Below, piece by piece: positions 32,992 through 46,000 of a stretch of DNA of 64,000 nt. Below the pieces are notes generated by a model that was not told the origin of the DNA, did no database searches, and saw only the letters and a list, made by a program, of their open reading frames with translations. How positions within the stretch are numbered: the first letter of the stretch is position 1; each line of letters starts with the position of its first letter. Source of the DNA: Vicugna vicugna (Eukaryota); assembly GCA_013265495.1 (NCBI GenBank), contig MU058337.1, positions 1,480,777 through 1,544,776 on the forward strand, written 5' to 3'. The translations under genes were made by a program, and so were the position numbers.

Positions 32992-35900
32992 GTAAGTAGC
33001 GTCTGCGATCCCCCTCGATTGTCGCCCAGGGTCCGCCGCGCCTCGCTGTCCTGGTGGGAGGAAGGGTCGGGCCGCCGAGCCTCCGAGCCTGTTTCTGGAA
33101 CCTCTGTTCGTCGCGCTCCCTTGCCCCCCACCCTTACACGTTTTACTTGGTTGTGACTCCGGCTCGGCCTTGCAGCTGGAGCGTCGCCCTCCTCGTTCTC
33201 CTTCCCCAGTCAACTCCCCGGCGCTAAAAAGCCCCTGTTGCCTCGGGTGTCAACGTTCGGGAAGGGGTCCGATGACGATACCTGACTCTCACTTATTTTC
33301 AAGGACGGAGAACAGGGCTACAAACAGGGCTGGCCGGCACGCGGGGGCTGGCGGGCTCGGGAGAGGCGGGGATGCTGCGCTCCAGAGGAGCGGCGGAGCG
33401 CTGTCCGGGCCCCGCGGGCGGGCGGAGTCGGCGGGCCGGGAGCAGTGGAGCGCACCCTGGAGAAGGGAGCCTGTGGTCCCTGGGCCTCCGGGAGCTCACG
33501 CGCCTCAGCGCCGCGCCGCCTGCCCGAGGGTGCGCGGGGAGCTCGCCTGCTGGGGAAAACTTCCCTCCCTGCCCGGGAGACGGGCCTTAGGCTGCTCCCG
33601 AGGAACCCTATGCGCAGAGACCTCTCCCTTGGTTTCTAAACCAATGGCCCCGAACTCTGTGCGGTCCCGATTGTTGACTTGATTTTAAGGACGCTTTCTG
33701 CAAAAGCTTAATTAAGGCCCTGCCCATTCTACACAGCCCCTGAAGCCTTCGCGCTTGAGGAGCCTGGGCGGGAATGGGATCCTTGGAAACGACTTGCTTT
33801 TATCTACAGTGCAGCCGGGAGGAAGCCAGGCCTTGTGGAGATTAAGTTTCGGAGTGAGCTACCAGAGTAGTTTAGAATTTAGAAAAGGCCAACCGTCCCG
33901 AAATATACGTGGCTGTGCCTCGTAATTAGTCATCTGTGCATTCGGTATTGCGTATTACCTCATTCTCGGGATGTAGTTCGAATCATAGCCCACAACATTT
34001 TACAGAATCGTGGAATTTTAACCTTGGGAAACTTGGGATGCGAAGTATGAAGACATTGGCCGTTCAGGAGTAAGCATTTGAGGTCAGAAGCAAAATCAGT
34101 GACCTAATTGAAGTTGAACAAGTTGGTCATGTATTTAGGAATAAAGGGGCGGCGGATTGATTTAGAAATCACGTCTTAATTAAAGAATTATATCTACTCT
34201 TTTAAAAGTGGTAAATTTCGAATTCACCAACATGTTCACCACGAACTCCCCATTAAAGGGCGAAAAACGCCACAGCCGTAAATCGGATTAAACAGAAATT
34301 CTTGTAGGAAGCTGGATGGCAGGTCCCAACACTGCTCGTAGGTAAAAGTTGCTGAATGCAGCCTCCTTCCACATAGCCCGCTCTTCTATGGACTTCTTTT
34401 TTCTTTTTAATTCGATGTAAGATACTGTGTTTGCTAAGAAAGTAGTGGCGGGAACATCTTTATAGTCATGCGGGATCGTGAAGCACCGAGGGGTGCGGGA
34501 AAGCGCGGGGCTCGGACCTGCGCGCCGGGGCGGGCGTCGGCGAGGCCGGGCGGGCCGGGAGCTGGGCCGAGACCAGCCAGTGCTCGCTTTGTGCCTACAG
34601 AGGTCACTCTAACATGCGCAATGCTCGCGGCGCCCCTCTCCCCACGAGGCCGCCTGCTCTACTTTGCACTTTCACTGATGGACTGCCGTTGGGGGCTGGT
34701 TGGTTCCCCCTCCCCCCAAAAGGATTTAATTTTTATATTTATATCTTGTTTAAAGAAGTTCCCATTACTTTCAGCGTTCAGCTCAGTGTAGGTTATTTTC
34801 TTGTTAGCTACCCGCTCTGCGTGTATTCGGGAGGATCACAAATACCTACTTGGGAAAAAAAGGTAGAGCAGTAATTATTTCAATCTAAGATTTAGACATT
34901 AATTCCTTCTTCCCCCAGTGTGTTGGGGGAGGGGGGATGACTGATACTTACTCACTATCCTGATATGAGGATTAGGCTGTTTTTCTGAGCTGTGGCCACA
35001 GATTTAGAGACCTCCTGGAGGCCTGCTTTTGGAGAGGCCTGCCTCCCTGCACTGATGATGTTGCTGTTGGCGTGACTGCCCCGGTCTTTCAAGAGTAGAA
35101 TTTCTTTTAAAATTCTCATGATAATGGCTGGCCTAGAGGGTGAGATAATTTGTCCCTGAAAAAGGTCTGCTTAGTAAAGTATGCAGCGGAATGCTAGCTT
35201 GAGAGATCAGAAAGATTTCTTCCTGGAGGAATGATATGAAAGAGCCTTTTCTAAGTTTGAGAATGAATTTTTTAAAAAAAGAAAAAAAACCCTGGTGCCA
35301 AGGAGTTGATTTATTTGGGGGGAGGTGCGCATATTATTTCCAGGGAAAAGTTTCTCGGTCAGTAAATGTGACGTGGCAGGAAAGTAATCAGATGCATTGA
35401 AGTTTCACATCAGTTCATGTGAATTGTGGAACAATTCATTTGTAATGAAGCAGCCATCAGTAATTAGATTTGTTTCATTTGGAGGTCAGCTTTTTTAGCA
35501 GGTGGTGAACATAGGGAGCATGCAGCAGCTGTTTGGATACAGGGTCCAGAAAATCCTCTGTAAATTCACTGTCTCCATAACTACTTCAGTCACACTGTCT
35601 GCTGCTCCCATCCCCGAGAGTTTTTGCAGCAGTGGGAAGAAGTTCTGTGTGCTGAAACGTTAGTGATTGCATCTGTAGGTTCTGGAAGAGCTGTGTCAGT
35701 TGTAGCCCTTTAAGTTGTGTAGCTTTTTTTTTTTTAACTCTGGAGAGAAAGGCAAAGCTTGGCTTTCATTTCTAATTAACATTTCAGTAGAACAGTTTTT
35801 TTTTTCCAAGCATGATGTTTTTGCCAAAATAAAATAGTTGGCTCTTTTGAATATATATATATATATTAATTTCACTTTAGAGTGAGCAAGTCTGTATTGG

Positions 35901-38900
35901 TGTGGTATCCTAGAGTGATTTACACCGACTGTGTTGGAAATTTCAGTGGAGCATTAATTTCTTACGTCTAGGAGTGCTATTCCCTATGCACCACGTACTC
36001 GTTAGTTAACGAAGCATTTTGCTTTTCCCATGTCATTTTCCCGGACATAATACTGAATTCCTGATATTGATTGACTTGATACAAAAGAATGGCTGGATAT
36101 TATCCAGATAACCTATAATACATGGGCTCCACCACAGTTGGGCTCTGAATAAATACAGACCTGTCAGAGATTGATAAAATAAACTACAATGGATAGTGCT
36201 GTTTAAACAGTCCATTCAATACCATATATCAGCCAGCCTGCCTTCCATTGTGTCTGAAATTCTTATTTTTGTAGGTAAACAAATGCACATTCAGCACTGA
36301 TTGAATAGCCCCTTGAACTATGCTCCACAGTTTGCGTTTGGGTTAATCTTGTCGGTTTTAATATAGAGAGAAAAAAGCACAAAGCACCAGGGGTGGAATT
36401 GTGAGTGCTTTCACATCCACATTCCTCACATTTTGTCAGGATGATAAACTGTAGGTAATGGACTGTCGCTGTTCCCCAGGACAGCTGAGCCAGGGAGAGC
36501 ACAAAGACGGAGCTGCGGCGACATCTCGCAACATGCCTGGTAGCCTTCTGTTCAGACGAGGAGAGAATTTATTTGGGAATCGGGTGTCCAGGGACTGCAC
36601 TTTTTAACCTCAGCAATCACAACTCCAAGCCTCAGAAACGGGAGCTGGAGGTTGAGATGATTTGTTAAGCTCTAGGTCCTCAATCTTTCATAAAGTGTGG
36701 CTGTTGACAGTTGTCCTGCAATGCAAAGAAATGCAAATGACTCCAGCGTTCCTCAGTGTTCCTGACAGCCAGGCGAAAGTAGGGGGCAGGTAAATTAGGC
36801 ACCGTCCCCAGACCAGCCGAAAACTGCCCATGGGAGTGGTTCCTCCACCTGGAGTCATTCGTAGATTTGGATTCATTATCGGAAAACCTCTTATCTGGCA
36901 GTTTGCTCGGAGAAATCCTTCAGTGGGTGGGTCAGCAGGATAACCGCCTCCAGAGGGGCATTGCTGCCTGGTCCTCCACTGACAGGCTTCAGGTAGCTCC
37001 CGGGAGGTGGAGGTGACACCTGCCTTCCAGCAGCGTTTCACAGCGCGTTCACCTAAAGGGAACCGGTTTGAGATCCCAGCATGACCGCAGTGACGCGTCA
37101 CAGGAATGGGAGTGGCGGGGGAAGGAAACACAGCCTGGAGACCCCCATCCAGGAAGAAAAAAAATTTAAGAAGGATATTTCTTTCCCATCTTAGGAAAAC
37201 TTTATCCTTAAACCCTCCCATTGCCAATTAGACAAAAAAGCAGGGCTCCCTAAGAACCCTCCTGGAGATGGTACTCCTGGCCGCAGACACACACAGCTTG
37301 TTTTTCAGGTCACTTATCGGACATCTACATAGATTTGCTTACAAGCGCACCCTTTGTGCATGGGGTAGAGCCTTAAATAGGAGTGTTCAACTGTTTAAAA
37401 TATTTTGATTAAAATATGCAGAACCCATAGAACTATAAGCTGCTAGTCAGGAATTAGCTCTTTCAGGGAAGAGCTCCCCCACCCTACCCCCATCTTTTTT
37501 TTTTTTTTTTTGGGGGGGGGGTTTAGAATGGGGCTGGGGGAGGAATATAAGAAAAGCAAAGAGGGAAGGGTAGGGTATGGAACAGTGTTCCGAACAGCTT
37601 GGAAAAACTCCTGTGGCTTCATTGTCTCCCTAAAGCCAAAGAATACAAAGACATGAGCCGTTCAGCCCTACTCCCATGATGGAAAGTGTAGGCCGTGGAC
37701 GTGGCTCTCCTGTTTGACTTGTTTAATTCTCATTTTAAATTCAGGACTATACTAGCCGTGTGAACTCTGAAGATTTCTTTAGTAATCCATTTTGTCGTTC
37801 CGAATCAAAAACAAAGTGAAAGGGTCTGACACAATTTGCTTTTATTTTTAGGCAAATCAACCCTGGTCATAGTTAATAAGAGGATTACAACCCAGACTGG
37901 GTCTTTACAGATGTAATGTAAATCAAGGGCAGAGTATAAAGAAACTGATCTCTTTTGATTGAAGTGTGGTAAAAAGGCATAGAGAAACTAGCAGCCGTAA
38001 TCTGATTGTATGGCAATAAAACCACCATTTTCTGTCTTTCAGATAAAAATAATGTGGTAAATCCATGCAGTTCATAAGATGTAAAGGCAGATAAAGGGGG
38101 ACGCCATGGCAACATATAGATTAGCTTGAAGTTGGGAATGACACGTCTCTGAAAAGGGTGCAGAAAGGAAGGCCCTTGCTCCAGGCTGTTGGCTATTATG
38201 TGAGAACCACACAGACTTGGAAACTCGGATTAGAAAGTATGAAAGCCCCACTTGTGGCCCCGGGATGGTTGAAGCCGCAAAGAAAAGATGCTCAGTTCTT
38301 GCTCATTGGTGGTGGATAATACAGCAAAGGTGGATTTCATTGACGGCCTTTTGCAGAGATGGAGATTGGGGCTGATTAAAACTTCAGATCGCCGCAGTGG
38401 TGAAGGCCTGCAAGGTTTTCCTTTTTAACTCCTGGCCTGACAGCAGCAGCCCGTCTGCAGGATTAGCTGCACTTGGCGGTGCTTGTCTTCATCTCCGTGG
38501 GCCTCAGGCGGGGACCTGCTGGGAAGGAACAGAGAGCAGGGGGATAGGTAGGGCCCGAGTTATCGGAAAAGAAAACACAGCCCTTTTGATTCCGGCCACC
38601 TTTCAGCCCCAGCGCCATCTCACGCCGCGTGGGAGAAGCCGAGGTAAACATTTTGCATCGTTCCCCCTCCCTCAGCCAGAGGGCTCCACTCTGACCTTTG
38701 TCTCTCCCACCCTGGAAAAGAAAATACATAATAAAGTAAATAAAGGGGGGAATTTCGTGTTCATTCACATCAGTAGTGATCCAAGTGCCCAGACCAGCCG
38801 ATGGGCTGTGTCTAGATGAGATTTCACTGGTAACCTTGAGTCGAGTTGAAGGGGGTAGGCCCCCCTCGTGGAAGCCACAGGGTTGTAAAGGGTTAGTGCT

Positions 38901-41321
38901 GCCCAGCTCTAAAGTTCAAAACGAAAGAGGCTCGCCAAGCTCTCGAATCTTACTGCCCCCTGTCCCGAGCAGCCTGGTAGGTGAGCTGGGCTTTTGTTTC
39001 CACCGTCCGCACTTTCCATGTTGGGCCATTGAGGCAGGGACTGGGCTACATGCGGAGCGGCATCCGCCCACTGGGTCAAGCCAGAAGGGAGAGATTTGCT
39101 GTATTGCCACCTACCTGGCGCTATAGAAGAGTCTCAGCATTTGTGCAGGACAGTCTGAACTCTTCAGATGTTGACAACACTGAAGGCTGCAAACACCCCA
39201 AGTGTCTGTCTCTCTGGAAAGGATCAAGGGGATTCAGTGCCGGTCTTTTAACAGCAACCTGGGACCTTCCTAGACTGACAGTCTGTGTCTGCAGACCCTC
39301 CCTGGATCCTAAACAGTCGTTCTCAGACCCACTGTGTTGATTTTGTTCCTAATTCTCAGAGCGCTGACTCGACTCTTCAGGGCTATAGATTCATTTACTG
39401 CATTTGTTGCCTGTTTTTCTGGTCATGACTGTGTGGCTCTCACCATTTAAGGACGTTCAAAAATGATCGCTCAGAGATCTGCCATACCCAGTGCCCTGCT
39501 CCCTGACCTCCCTTCCTAATTTAATTCAAAAATCATATCAAAAGATCCAGTGCACTGGTCCAGATTCATCAGAGAGGGGACCCCCCCCCTCTATTCACAA
39601 GCTGGTCACATCCAAGCACCTTGCATTCTCCATTTGACAATGACTGCTAATGGCCCATTCAGCTAAAGTATTTGCTTGTTAACAGGGAACAGAGCATGAT
39701 AAATGTCCAGCAAGCTTGCGGCCTCCTTCAGCTTTTCAAATGCAGACTGGTGCATATTTATGGCAGGCAAACGACAAAAGGAGACGCTGAATTGCCCTGG
39801 CCTCCAGCTTTCTATTAGGAACAGGGTTAAAGTGATTAAAGAAGTGATGCTGAAAAGTCCTGCCACTCGTTCACCGACCAGCGTCCCACACTTAGGGCTT
39901 TGCATCCTACCTTAGAGAAGAGTGCACAGTATTCAGATAAGGATGGTTGGATCCGGCCACCCAGGGAAAGGAGTAGGTGATCAGTTACGAAATGTTTTCC
40001 ACGCACACTGAGTGCCATGTGCCCCCATTTCTCTTGCTCCTGCAGAGAATCTGCAGAGGCTCTTTATTTTCCTTTTCATGGATAAATATCAAATATGTAA
40101 TTCTAGTCCACAGTCTTTTGTGGCTGGCGAGGGCATATGTGCTGATTTCAAATAAAAAAACATAGTAGGAGAAAGCGCCGTTAAAGAAAAACAAGTTGTT
40201 TCTGCCCTTTGTAATTCTCCAAACAACATATGAAGGGAAAATTGGCAGCAGTGAAGTGTTAATAGTTTGCTGTTTCCATTCTCCAGAGCATGGGTAGGTG
40301 AAGGTTCTAACTTCTCAGTGGTGGGCAGACATTCAGGATGCGATGAATGAACCCAGCTCTGAAAACTTCAGTGTCTTCGTGTTTCCGTTCTGAAACGGTT
40401 CAACAGTCCAGTTTGTGTTCTCAGTGTAAGTTTGGTTGCACCCAGTTTTAATTACAGCCCTTGGATCCTTCTCCCAGTACTTGCTAGTTAAGCCTCTGTC
40501 GCCCCTGAGGCGTGACTCCCATAGCCCCCCACCCCGAATAACGAGGAGTGCTACCCACACACCCCTGTGCACACCAGGACCTCTGGCCTGCAGAGCCGCT
40601 GTCCAAAATGCCACCCTCCGGCATCTCGCCAGCCTCTTCCGTCCCAGCTGAGGACCAGGAGGCCCAGCGTGGGGTCACCCCCTGATGAAACGCTTCTGAA
40701 TCTCGGTTCTTGCTCTTCCCACCCGTTAAGCTGACTCCCTGTGGCCTGAAAGCGTTTGTCCTGAATGGTAACTGCCTGATGAGTGAGTGGGGCCTGGCCG
40801 TTGACGTTCCAGGCCAGCTCAGAATGGATCTACCCGCAGAAGAAGTTAGAAAATGTCCGTGTTCACTTGGCTACCAGAACTTTATTTGAGGGTACATTTT
40901 AGATAAAAACAAGCTCGCTGAGCCCTGAATCCCTCTTTGTCTGTGGGAAAACAGACTGTCCTTCAAGTTCACAACTTCCTCTGAACAAGTGCTCGCTCTC
41001 CCCATGGTGTGGATCAAACATAATTTCTTTAACCCCTTTCTCTGTAATCCCACAGCACTTCAGTGAAATACCCAGGGCAGAGGGAGGACATTATTCGCGG
41101 CACAGCCATGATTCATAGGCACATCTTAATCCCCTTTGCCACCCTGCCCATCCCTAAAAGACAGGGACCAGAATTCGTTCATGTCATCAATCTCTGCCTG
41201 CTAGCATCGACATCCAGTAAGTATTAGCTGAAAGAGGAGACAGAACCCAGATGTCAGTTTATGGCCGCCCGCCCCTGCTGTGTTAACAGATCACCTGCTA
41301 CTGGAGATACACCTCCAGCCC

Positions 41322-41490
41322 AGAGGTTCTAGGAGTTTAGGGCATCAGAATCACCTGAAGGGCTTGTTAAAACAGGATTGCTGGCCCGTCCCCAGAGTTC
41401 CAGATTCCTAAGGTCTGGGTGGGCCTTGAAATTCTCATTTCTAACAAGCTCTCAGCTGATGGGGGTGAGACCACACCTTGAGAACTGTTG
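41322..41490. mobile_element. MER5A (hAT-Charlie)
   Basis: gcatcagaatcacctgaagggcttgttaaaaca...ggtctgggtgggcc...catttctaacaagctctcag...gaccacaccttgagaac. Confidence 0.85.
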
Positions 41491-42169
41491 CCCTAAATCT
41501 GCTTTTTTTTCTTTTTGGAAAACAGCTCAAGATTAGGTCATCATCCTCTTAAAGGCTGCCTTGGATCTCTGGAGAAGGCCTTACCTCCCTGCTGGCGGCC
41601 TCCATTCCTGCTTTGTTGATCACTGACGGCAGATAATTCATTGATTTGTTCAACAAGCATTTGTTACCTGTGAGGTCTGTTACATGAGGCTCTGAGAGTA
41701 CAAAGAGCAATCTCTACCCTCAAGGGACTTAAACCCTAAAACAATTAGGGAGGGGATTCCTGGAGGAAGCCAACGCGTTCTGTGCAGTGGTTCATGGGAC
41801 CTGTGTGCAGGAAGGGATGGCGTTCCTCCCCAGGGGTGGGGAAACTGAGTCAGGAGAGACCACAGGCAGGGTCACGGGAGATCTCTGAGAGGAAAAACAC
41901 CGAGCAAGTCAAAGGAATACATTTCAGCTGAAGGCAGCGAGCACCTGTGAAGCGGCCGTCTGTAACAACCTACGTTGTTTGACGCGTCTGGGCAGAGCTC
42001 AAAGACAGACCCCACAAGTGAAACAAACAGACCCCGTGGGAGAGCTAGCCCCGTGACTCCAGCCCCCTTGTTCTTATGAGAGTTAGCACCGTCTGCTGGT
42101 TCTCGGAGTGTCTGTGCTGATCGTGGGAAGGCCAGGCAGTTCAGCTTAGCAGAGACAGCCGGGCAGGTG

Positions 42170-42408
42170 CTGTTCAGTTAAGAGTACATGCTTGGGAATC
42201 TGGCTGTGCGGGTCCGCTCCTGGTTAGTCATTTTTCAGCTCTGTAACTTTGCGAGCATATCCTTCACTTCTCTTCATTCTCCCAAACCTAAAGTGGGGAC
42301 AGTAGTCTTCCAGGACCAAGTGAAAGAGTGATACGGCCGTGGTCAGGAGGCAAAGACTTGAGCTCTGTACTTGGCACGATGAACCAATAAATGTCAGCTG
42401 CTGTTGAT
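42170..42408 (+). mobile_element. MIR SINE
   Basis: gttaagagtacatgcttgggaatc...agctctgtaactttgcgagca...taaagtggggacagtagt...aataaatgtcagctgctgtt. Confidence 0.6.
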
Positions 42409-42855
42409 AAACGTTAAATGAGTATCTACCGTGTGCCTGGCTCTGGTTCAGTTTGTCTTCTACATACAAATGCAGGATAAAGAAGAATAAAACGTTAAGG
42501 TGATAACATGGCACTTGCGCCTTTGGAAGTCCTTGATGTTACGTCGTGCCTTGTTTAGCTGCCAGACTTCTCCTCACTCTCGCTACATGAGGCACCTTTT
42601 CATTTCCCTTCCCCTGTCCAGGTACGTGCTCCTCTTCTGCTTCTTGTCCCTGATGCTTCGTTGTCACGTTTATAACCCTGAATTCATTCACCTTCCCCTG
42701 GGCTGAATCCACTCGAGGCACAGGGTAGAGTAAGAGATGGGGTTGTTGAATGAATACACGATGGCAACCTATAGGGACAGCAAGGTGGCATTTTTGCATT
42801 AATGTTACATGCTGTTTAGAAGCCTACTCACCTGAGGGACAGTTTCTTTTATTTA

Positions 42856-43060
42856 ACAACTGTTGTCTGTAGCACTTACTGCATGCCAGTTGCTGCTGTA
42901 ACTGCTACACAAATACTGACTCATTAACCTTCATAATAACCATCTGAGAGAGGTGCTTTCATGATTCCCCATAGACATAGGCATAGACAGGTTAATTACC
43001 TTGCCCAAAGTCACGTAGCTGAGAAGTGGTACCGCCTGCATTTGAACCTGAGTATTCTGT
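42856..43060 (-). mobile_element. MIR SINE
   Basis: agcacttactgcatgccag...ctcattaaccttcataataacc...aggttaattaccttgcccaaagtcacgtagct...atttgaacctgag. Confidence 0.75.
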
Positions 43061-46000
43061 TCAGGACGCCTCCTCTTAGTTTTCCGCCTCTTTTTCTTAG
43101 GCTGTTACCTGGAGTGGCTAGAAATCACGTGACTAAGGTAAGCGTGCGTTTGCTCCAAGCAGTACATTCGAGGCAGCTGAAAAGGAAGTTTTGGGCCTAA
43201 CTCTCCCCTGTTCTGTTGTGATTTATGGTCTTTCCCGTGATGGGCCTGCAATTCTAAACGGAGCCTTTGAATCTTTGATAACAAGGTTCTTTACAAAGGA
43301 AACCAGGCAGTTATGAAAGTGTACAATATTAATGCCTTTATTGAGTATTATTCCATTGACTATTAACTTTTGCCTTTTAAAAATTTAAACATTTGATTCG
43401 TTTCCTTGCTGGGAGAAGAAAGGTCAGGTTTTCGAGGAGTTACGTTTGGTCCGATGCTGAGCGCGTGTCAGGCGAAGGAGGTAGTGTGACATCTCTTTTA
43501 GAGCCTCGTCACAATTAAATGCCATTTTATTTTGGATTTTGGGACCTGTGCCAGCCTCCAGCTTGTCAGAGCTGAGAAGACTCAAATCAAGTCCAGGCCT
43601 GTTTCGGCAGCAAACTGGGCTTCTGGCCTCTTGCCTGTGGATTCATTCAGTCGAGCCCATCTGGCTTTTGATGTTCCACGAGTTTCGGAGCAGTTTGTTT
43701 CAGGAAGCTGGGTGGGGAGTGCCGGTGGGCCTGGGGTGCTCTGACTCCCGGGTGAGCCTCTGGTTGCATGTCCCTGGGGCTCAGGGCCCGCTGAGCTCCA
43801 GGGCCAGATCCTTACTCCTTTCTGAGCTCCGGGCTCAGGACACCGTCTTCTCTCCTCCTGTCCAGCTCCCCTCTTTTAGCCTAGGAGCCGCCTGTGCCAG
43901 TAACTGAGGGTGTGTGATTTTGTGTGTCTGTTTTTGGCTTAGACTAATCCAGGCTGCTTGTGGTGACCGAGCAGGAAAGATGTTGTCCACAGAGTTACAA
44001 TGGTGTGCCTCTCACACTTTGGGGGCGATCTGACACAGCCTGGGGGCAATCTGGGTGGAGGGCAGTCCCCCCATCCAGTTCTCCTCCTTTTCAGTGTTCA
44101 CGGCACAGACCCGGCTGTTGGGATGGCTTCCTGGGGGTTGTGTGGCTTTGTTTTTCCTCTCTCTTCTTCCCCTGTTCCCTGGGCTGTGGCCCAGCGGGAG
44201 AGGGGGAATGTCTCCCGTCACCCATCCACAGTGGGCCCTGACCTCTGTGGAGCCAAGACCAAGCAAGGCCCAGAAGGTAGCCACACAGGTGGCTGTGAAG
44301 CTACCGCACACAGCCTTGTCAGTTGTGCCAGCAGACGTGATGCTTGCCTGGCAAGGAGACTCTCTTCTCTTTTTGAACCTTACTTGTGGACATGCTCCTT
44401 CTGTGATGCAAGGCACCTGTGAGCAAGGCACTGGGGTGGGGGGCCCGGGGTCCCAGCCTGGAGAGCAGGGTCACATCCCCTGGATGTATTCACTTCTTCT
44501 CAGTGCTGTTTTCCCCACCACAGGGGACTGGTTTCATTCACCCATAAATCATGGGGGAGTTGTCTCTCTCAAGAGGCAAAATTCTTTGAAGTTTAAAAAA
44601 AAAAATACGGATGGAAGTGAAAGGGATGAGGAGGGTGGATGGGAGAGGTGCATCCAAGCTCCAGCTGGCAGTGCTGTGCTAAGATCTTCATTCCATTTCT
44701 TCCAGTTCTGAAAATGCCAGCCCGTTTCTGTCTGACGTCTGTGTGCTTTTCCTCCCGGTGATGGCCCCACTCGGGGAGGTAAGCACATGGATGTCCACGC
44801 TGATGTCTGAAACAGCAGAGAACCCGCTGGAGATGCCCTTCGAGTCTCCTTTAGGAAAGCCACTTTTCATAATGAGAGTTCTACCATCCTTTGTAGATAC
44901 TGGCAAAGAGCGTGGTTGGAAACAAGACCGTGCAGGTGCAAACAGTTGGGAAAGAGGCTGACACCGTCTCTTGCTTCTGTAGGGTATGAAATCCCTGCTT
45001 CCAGAGCGGAGCCAGCGTGGTCGGGTGGCAGGACAGAGGTTGTCCCTGGTGATTCACCTCCCAGCCATTTCCCACTCACCGCACATCACAGCCTCCCAGC
45101 CTTCCTTTTCCAGCCCCCCACCTCCCACTTTTGCCTCAGCTAGCTACAGAATTCATGGCATGATTTTTTTTGTTTGTTTTTGGAAAGTTTTTGGTGGGGG
45201 GTGGTGTTTAGATCAGTTCCATAAATAAAGACCTCTGTGTTTTTGTTGTGAGGTTGGTGGCTGATTTGTGTTAATTCCATGCCAGAGATGAACTCGGCTC
45301 CTGAACCTGCAAAAATAAAATGATACCTGTGCGTCACACACTTAAAGGCTGACTTTCGAGGGGAAGATACCTTTTTCAGCCTCAGCTCATCATAGGCTGT
45401 CCTTCTGCGAACTGGAGGGTTTTGTAAACGGTGAAAGTTATGGGATGGATAAAAATTAAGTAAATACTTGTGTTCTTTGCCTGAAAGAAAATTTAAACCA
45501 TGAGAATCTTACCTTTGAGCATTCAGAAGTACAATTTACTCTAGCCACCAGCGTTCTGGGCATTACCTCACAAATAAAAAACAAGATTAACATCAAAAGG
45601 AGTCAGCTTTCGTTCAGTTGTGCAGCCTGGTAGGCTGTGAAATTTAATATGATTCTGACTTGTACGGTAATTGTAGGATGACAGAGGGAAATGGATTCAG
45701 TTTAAGTAAAAAGTGTACATTACACAGCAGCAGACACCGACTGCTGAACGCAGGGTGAGGTTGGTGGGCTGAGAATGGGGCATCTGAGCTCTGCCACTGC
45801 AGGTGGGGATCCTGTAGGGAAAACGTGCCTTTAGACGGCAGCTTACACTTTTTTGAAGTGTCTGCAGAGGCCGCCTCCCCTGGAAGAGTTGCTAAACTGG
45901 ATTCAGTGCGCCTAGAGGCTCAGGCTGCTTTTGAATTCGTGTGCGGCTCATCTTTCCTCTCCTGGAAAAGATCTCGCTTGTCCTGGCTGCGAAGTTTGAA

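Larger units (their letters stand above)
31180..33680 (+). promoter_or_regulatory. EFNB2 CpG island
   Basis: Very GC/CpG-rich span covering the upstream region, exon 1 and the start of intron 1. Limits approximate. Confidence 0.9.

Noticed and set aside
31012..33682. Many overlapping ORFs in the EFNB2 CpG island
   Set aside because: Expected from very high GC content; mostly non-ATG starts, Ala/Arg/Pro/Gly-rich, no recognisable domain.
37090..37101. 12-bp palindrome GTGACGCGTCAC
   Set aside because: Palindromes of this length are expected by chance many times in 64 kb.
37495..37521. T17-G10 homopolymer junction
   Set aside because: Simple low-complexity run, prone to sequencing error; no supporting structure.
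44000..44711. 218-aa and 140-aa intronic ORFs
   Set aside because: No recognisable homology or retrogene hallmarks (poly(A), TSD); consistent with chance.
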